Shown: one piece after another, positions 58,530-64,000 of the stretch
Numbering within the stretch: position 1 is the first letter of the stretch
Layout of the letters: the number at the start of each line of letters is the position of its first letter
Source: Mytilus trossulus
Taxonomy: Eukaryota
Direction of reading: 5' to 3'
DNA: 64,000 nucleotides
NCBI RefSeq assembly: GCF_036588685.1
Contig: NC_086375.1
Coordinates: forward strand, 92,690,001 to 92,754,000
Notes under the pieces: model-generated
Told to the model about the DNA's origin: nothing
Database searches by the model: none
Seen by the model: the letters and a program-made list of their open reading frames with translations, nothing else
Made by a program: the position numbers and the translations under genes

Positions 58530-61500
58530 GGTCACCGAGGCAATTTCAAAGGTATGTCACAAGTATATGATTTTTTTTATTATCGAAGAAAAGTGAGAAA
58601 TAACAATCTTCCTTTAGGGTTGGTACATGTTTGTGCTCAAATAGCATCTGGGATAATTTTATTTACATTACGTTTGTTTGATATGCTGCATTTGTTCCTA
58701 CGGGAACTAATCGTGCTCCTTTTTAACTTTTTTCTTTGGTTTTTAGAGGCAAACCTCATACAGGAGATTTTCAAACTAGCATTACTCTTAAACGTTACCT
58801 ACTTCTATATAGATGATGTCATCTCACTAAAGTAACGCATCTATCAAACAAATGTCTGAATACATATACTACAGATTACATCTAAAAATTGACAATAAGA
58901 TTTGGTCGGTAACAAAGGTTTTATAACAAAGGATAGTTTTAGCTTCCCTGTTTTGAACTTTCTATGTGGCAAAATCCCAGGATCTTCTGCATATGGATTA
59001 GGTACATTGTATTTCCCGAGCTTGCATTTCCTAATTTTTCTTTCATGATTTCCTAAATAATAGGTTGCTGCTGTAGAAAAAATATGGACGCCATCAATAG
59101 CTGATGGCTAAGAGTTTGTACTTCAGGATACCCTTTAGGACAAACCTTATAATTATATTACATGATGTTTAGGTAGGGTTCATGTTGCTCAGTCTTTAGT
59201 GTTATTTGTAGTGTTTTTTTTTTTATTTGTCTGTCTTTTCGTTGCATAATTAACAAGTTGTTATATCTTCCCTTGTTATGGTTTTATACGTTGTAATAAT
59301 GGGCCTTTGACGTGTAGCTTATACATGGCATGACATTTGCTCATTGTTGAAGGCCGTATATTGGTAACAGCTAGCTACTTGTATCTCTGGTAGATCATAA
59401 TTGCCTCATTGACAATCAAACAATTTCTTCTTATTCTTACAAAATATCAACTGTCAGTGAACTGAGATAATTCATATAAATTGCGGTTTAATCAATCCCG
59501 TTTATTATAGTATGATACCAATGTCAACAAATTATTGACTGTTGTCTTAATCGGAACAGGTTTGAAATGAATATACATATTCCTTTTGTCAGAATGATGA
59601 AAGAAACGTTTTTGCATATAGTTTTATCATTCAGTGTATTATCTAAAAACATTTGAGCGGCATTAATAACAATTTGCAATATGTTATCAGGACTAAACGG
59701 AAATCAAGATTGGTAGGAATTCGCTTTATTCATCCCAGAATTGAAAAAGTGTGTCTGGAAATCGTTATTGAATCCTTCTGATATAATAAGATATTCGACC
59801 TTTCCATTCTAACTCACAACAAAATCTAAATTTTATCTAGCAATCCAATTTACAAGCGATAACTAAGGAACGCTTTTCTAAACAACCTAATTATTGCACA
59901 AAATTCTTGGTTTCCGCCACAACTCTCTAGAGGAATACCACTTCTATAAATTCTGTCTATCAAATACATTCGATGCGTCTTCTTAGAATCAACAGACGCC
60001 ATTTGCGACATTTATTTTATATCTTGACATATCAGTACAATATTTATTTATTTTCTCCGATTAAAAATATAATCTAAGCTATTTCAGATTTGCTGTCTTT
60101 AGAGAGACTTGTTTCAATAATAAATTGAAAATCTAATAAGTACTGATGGTTTCTCTATTATCATAATAAGTACTGATGATTTCTCTATTATCATCTTCAA
60201 ATGAAAATAGTTTCTTTAAAAGCTTCTACATTAGGCAGTATGAGAATATAATCAAAACTATGATAGATATATCAATACTTACAACATAATGCATTTATTT
60301 CTTTTTGGATTTTTTTTTTTGCTTATGCTTAACCATGAAATAAGGGAGAAATGACAACCAAATCTATGAATTTGTGTTTCATGTTGTCAGTTAGGTACAC
60401 CATTCGAAATAACACTCTTTCTTTTAAATAATTGTTTTTATTTATCTATGCCGTAATTTGTGGTATAAAGATTCCCCACGAATTAATACACCAGAGATAC
60501 ACATATAGCGAGTATTGAAATCTAAACCATCACTACAGACAATGTCATAACAAACGAATAGGAGCAAAACAGATCAAATGTATTTGTTCATTGTATGTTC
60601 ACTTGCTTTTGTTTATATGTCTTTTTATATTGTATTAAACCTTGTCAATGGGTATTTCATAGTGTGTCTTTCTATGTTGTGATATTACACTATTGTTTCA
60701 GGTTAGGGTGAAGGTTGGCGCCTATCTTAACGTTTTTAAAATCCGCTGCATTTGTTTGCACTTGTCGGAAGCCTGATTTTCAGTGGTTATTATCTGTTGA
60801 TGTGTTTCATTAGTATATCTCGTTTCTCATTTTTATATTTATTAGACCACTGGATTTCCTGTTTGAAAGAAAATGGTTTTACACTAGTAATCTTTGAATC
60901 CAATTCATATTGTGTAAAAGTAAACAAATATATGGGTCAAAGTACGGTCTTCAACAGGGAGCCTAGGCAAATAAAACAGCAAACTATAAAGGGCCTCAAT
61001 ATGACTAGTGTTAAACACTTCATACAGGAAGACCAACGGTCTAATCTATATAAAAAAAGACGAGATGAAAAAACAACACTTCTGAACCACATCAACAAAC
61101 GAAAACCGTTGAACAACAGGTTCCTGACAGGTTCAAACAAATGTAGCGGGTATAAACGCTATAACGCCTCTTGACGCTAGATTTAGACAAAAATTAAAAC
61201 AGGCCAAGAACATCGTGACCTTCCAAAACTCAAAGTCAGAGGAAAGTAAATGATTATTAAATGTTTGAGACATTAAGCGCAACTTTATATTATTTTAATG
61301 GGAAAGTAACGACTAAGACAAGACCCTCAAAGGATTCAGAAATGACATATGTTGCAAAAAAAAAAGAGTTTCCTGTTTGTAAATGAGCCTAAGTTAACAA
61401 CTATATTATATTGTTGAGTTCATGAGCTTTTTGCATATGATGCAATTTTCAACCTAATTTGACGTTTTGTATTATTTCTGTTTACAATAGTATACGTCAT

Positions 61501-63123
61501 ATTTTTTTCAGATCAAAAAGGTCTATGCATTTACAAAAGACTATACTACACACATCTCCGAACAAGTAGCCTTTTGACATCTATAGTTTTGTCTTATTGT
61601 TTTTTATTCTTCTCAATTGGATGTTGCTTTCCGATCTTGGAGTGCTCGTGATTAGACGTCTTCTTCAAACAATGTACGAACGCCTATTAGGGTTACACAA
61701 GTGAAACTAAAATCAAAGTATTTGAGAAAAAAAAGCTCTCATAGTTATAAATTGTTTAATCCAAATTTACTGTGTAACAGGTGCGTGAAATAATTTATAT
61801 AAAATTTACCTCTTCTTAATTTTTTTCCAGCTTCAAATTTAAAAAAGATATAACAATAGCCCTACTGCTTTGATTATATAATTTATTTATTTAGTGGGCA
61901 ATATTTTATTTTTTTAAAGTAATGAAGGATGAAACTATGTGTACTATATAGGACCTAAACAGCCTTTGTCGGTTCTTCTCTTGATACAAAATAATAGCAG
62001 TCTTCTTGTATCACAGATCTAAATAAACAACTGCTTACATATCTGATATGTATACACTTCCACAAAGCAAGATTGAGAGGCTGACCATAGGATAATATAT
62101 TTACTGCGCATTTTAAAAAAAATCCCGGCTCAATATAAAAATTAGTAACTTTGAGTCTCGTCACTCATTTTATTTTTATTTGAGACACTACCAGAGACAT
62201 AATCTTATTCAGGATCTATCTAGTCATATAATAAATTAGAATATATTCTCCAAGCTTTGGACATTGGCCGTGTATGCCTATGTTTTGTATACTCTGTATG
62301 CGCAATACAGCATCAGCATGGTTTTGTTGTAACATTCATGTTGTTATAAATAAATAGCTGAAACTCTTATATATGATTACTTGTTAAACAAATCTTTCGA
62401 AATCTTTTCTTCAGTTTTCATGAACATTGATAGAATTATTTGAGTATGATTTGCATCAACTATAAAAAGAAATTGATTTTTGTATCTCTCCAGACAGACA
62501 ATATCTGTGTTGAGTCAGTTCTCTTATTATTTGATGTTTAGTTTTGACAGTTTTTCCTCTACGAAACATAGAAAATTAGCTGAGCATGCGTATTGTTGGT
62601 CGTCTGATTGGTATAGTTATGAAGGGTGTTCCAGACTGTCTCTGAAGAAAGTTTAGGAATTTGATTACTCTAATTCGGTAAGTACGTTATAGGTATTTAT
62701 TGCATCTTTGGCGTTAAATTATTGTTGATTTTTTTTTAATTCACATTTAAACATCCAAATATGGATATTCTTTTCATGTTTTTCTAGTTTATAAATATGA
62801 TTTAAAAGTATCTCACAAGAGTTATTACCATTTTTAACATTGAAACAATTGATTTATGATTACATCACATCAAGTAATAAAAACAGAGGAACCATCAATG
62901 CATTTTGTCAGCTCTGAGAAAATTATTAGTAAGATTTTTCAAATTGACAATACTGATGGTTCTTATATACATGTACTATCCAGAACTCGGGCAAGAATTT
63001 TTAAGGAGTGGCCCAAATAAATGTTTTAATACTTACAGAATCACGTGACCTGTTTTACAGATGACGATGTTAAGTTAAAAAATAGCTTTTTTTATTTTTT
63101 TTTGAATTTTTCGATATCTCACT

Positions 63124-63275
63124 GATAACAGACTGAAAATATTTAGATGGAAACTTATTCACTATATTCTGCCATGTAATGAACTATTAAAAAAGTGGAA
63201 AATTACTGAAGACAACTTATGTAAGCATTGTAAAGAAAAAGATAACTATGAACACTTTTTTTATCAACTGCTTAT
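63124..63275 (+). mobile_element. L1/Tx1-type LINE remnant (C-terminal zinc knuckle)
   Basis: Translates as DNRLKIFRWKLIHYILPCNELLKKWKITEDNLCKHCKEKDNYEHFF..C (CxxC...H....C), with a frameshift in the T run. Confidence 0.6.
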
Positions 63276-64000
63276 TTAATACAGACTTCCTAAAATTAGC
63301 AATGAAATTAATGAACTCCCTAGGTATGACAAAAATATGAGAAACACAACGGGTGCCATATGTAGAACAGGATCTGTATACCCCTTCCGGAGCACCTGAC
63401 AGAACCACCAGTTTGAGTTTGGGTTCGTGTTGCTCAGTCTTTAGTTTTCAATGTTGCGTTTTGTGTACTGTCTTTTGGTCTTTTTGATGGCGTTGTCAGA
63501 TTTCTCTTTAACACAGTCTTGGAAGTTACTCACAACTACTGCACAAAACTTGCCGTGAGCCAAGATAATCTATCAATAGAATAACAATCTAATTTCGTCT
63601 ACGATAATAATGTATTTTCAATAAGTGTGTATTTGTAAAGTGTTACTTAATGGAAAAAAATGTTGAATATGAACCAACGAGACAAAAAGCATATTATTTT
63701 GTAGTATCGGTGAATGCCAATTATCTTTATTTTTCATGTATGGCTTTGACATAGGAATATTTTCTATTGTATGTTTTTTTTATTATCATTTGATATGCGG
63801 TTATTTTCAAGTATATTTGAATGTTTTACGCTTTTCTTTAATAGATGGTTATTTTCAAGTGTATTTTATGTTCCATGAATGGCTCTGATATAATATGGTT
63901 ATTTTCGAGTGTATTTTAATGTTTCATGTTTTTCTTTGATTTGTGGTTATTTCCTTGTGTATCTGGATGTCTAAAATCGTTTATAACACTCATCCTTCAT

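Noticed and set aside
59600-62950. Possible long decayed L1/Tx1 element on the minus strand
   Set aside because: Only scattered motif-like fragments could be read, not enough to set boundaries by eye.

Overview
AT-rich, intron- and transposon-rich animal genomic DNA. The repeat families suggest a bivalve, probably Mytilus (inference). Protein-coding content reconstructed by hand from GT-AG boundaries: (i) a tandem array of three SLC46-family (PCFT/SLC46A3-like) MFS transporter genes on +. Copy 1 has only its last two exons here, copy 2 is complete (~496 aa) and copy 3 carries one frameshift. (ii) A 9-exon, ~800-aa divergent eEF1A paralog on -, with long N- and C-terminal extensions and a G4 NKxD->SKxD change. 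Mobile DNA includes Naiad-type Penelope-like elements (one with a 744-codon intact ORF), an APE+RT LINE, a CR1/L2 fragment, a Helitron, several TIR/foldback MITEs, a probable solo LTR, and copies of a ~355-nt hammerhead-ribozyme retrozyme. Three observations stand out. First, four independent tandem duplications sit exactly on exon-intron junctions, and three of them create AG...GT-bounded, frame-compatible candidate exons (8x79 bp in SLC46 copy 2; ~6x116 bp and a 15-nt microexon in the eEF1A paralog). Second, the retrozyme monomer carries a second hammerhead-like core in the opposite polarity, a viroid-like layout, and one intact hammerhead lies sense in a host intron. Third, the eEF1A paralog itself is atypical. 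All calls were made by eye, without database searches.
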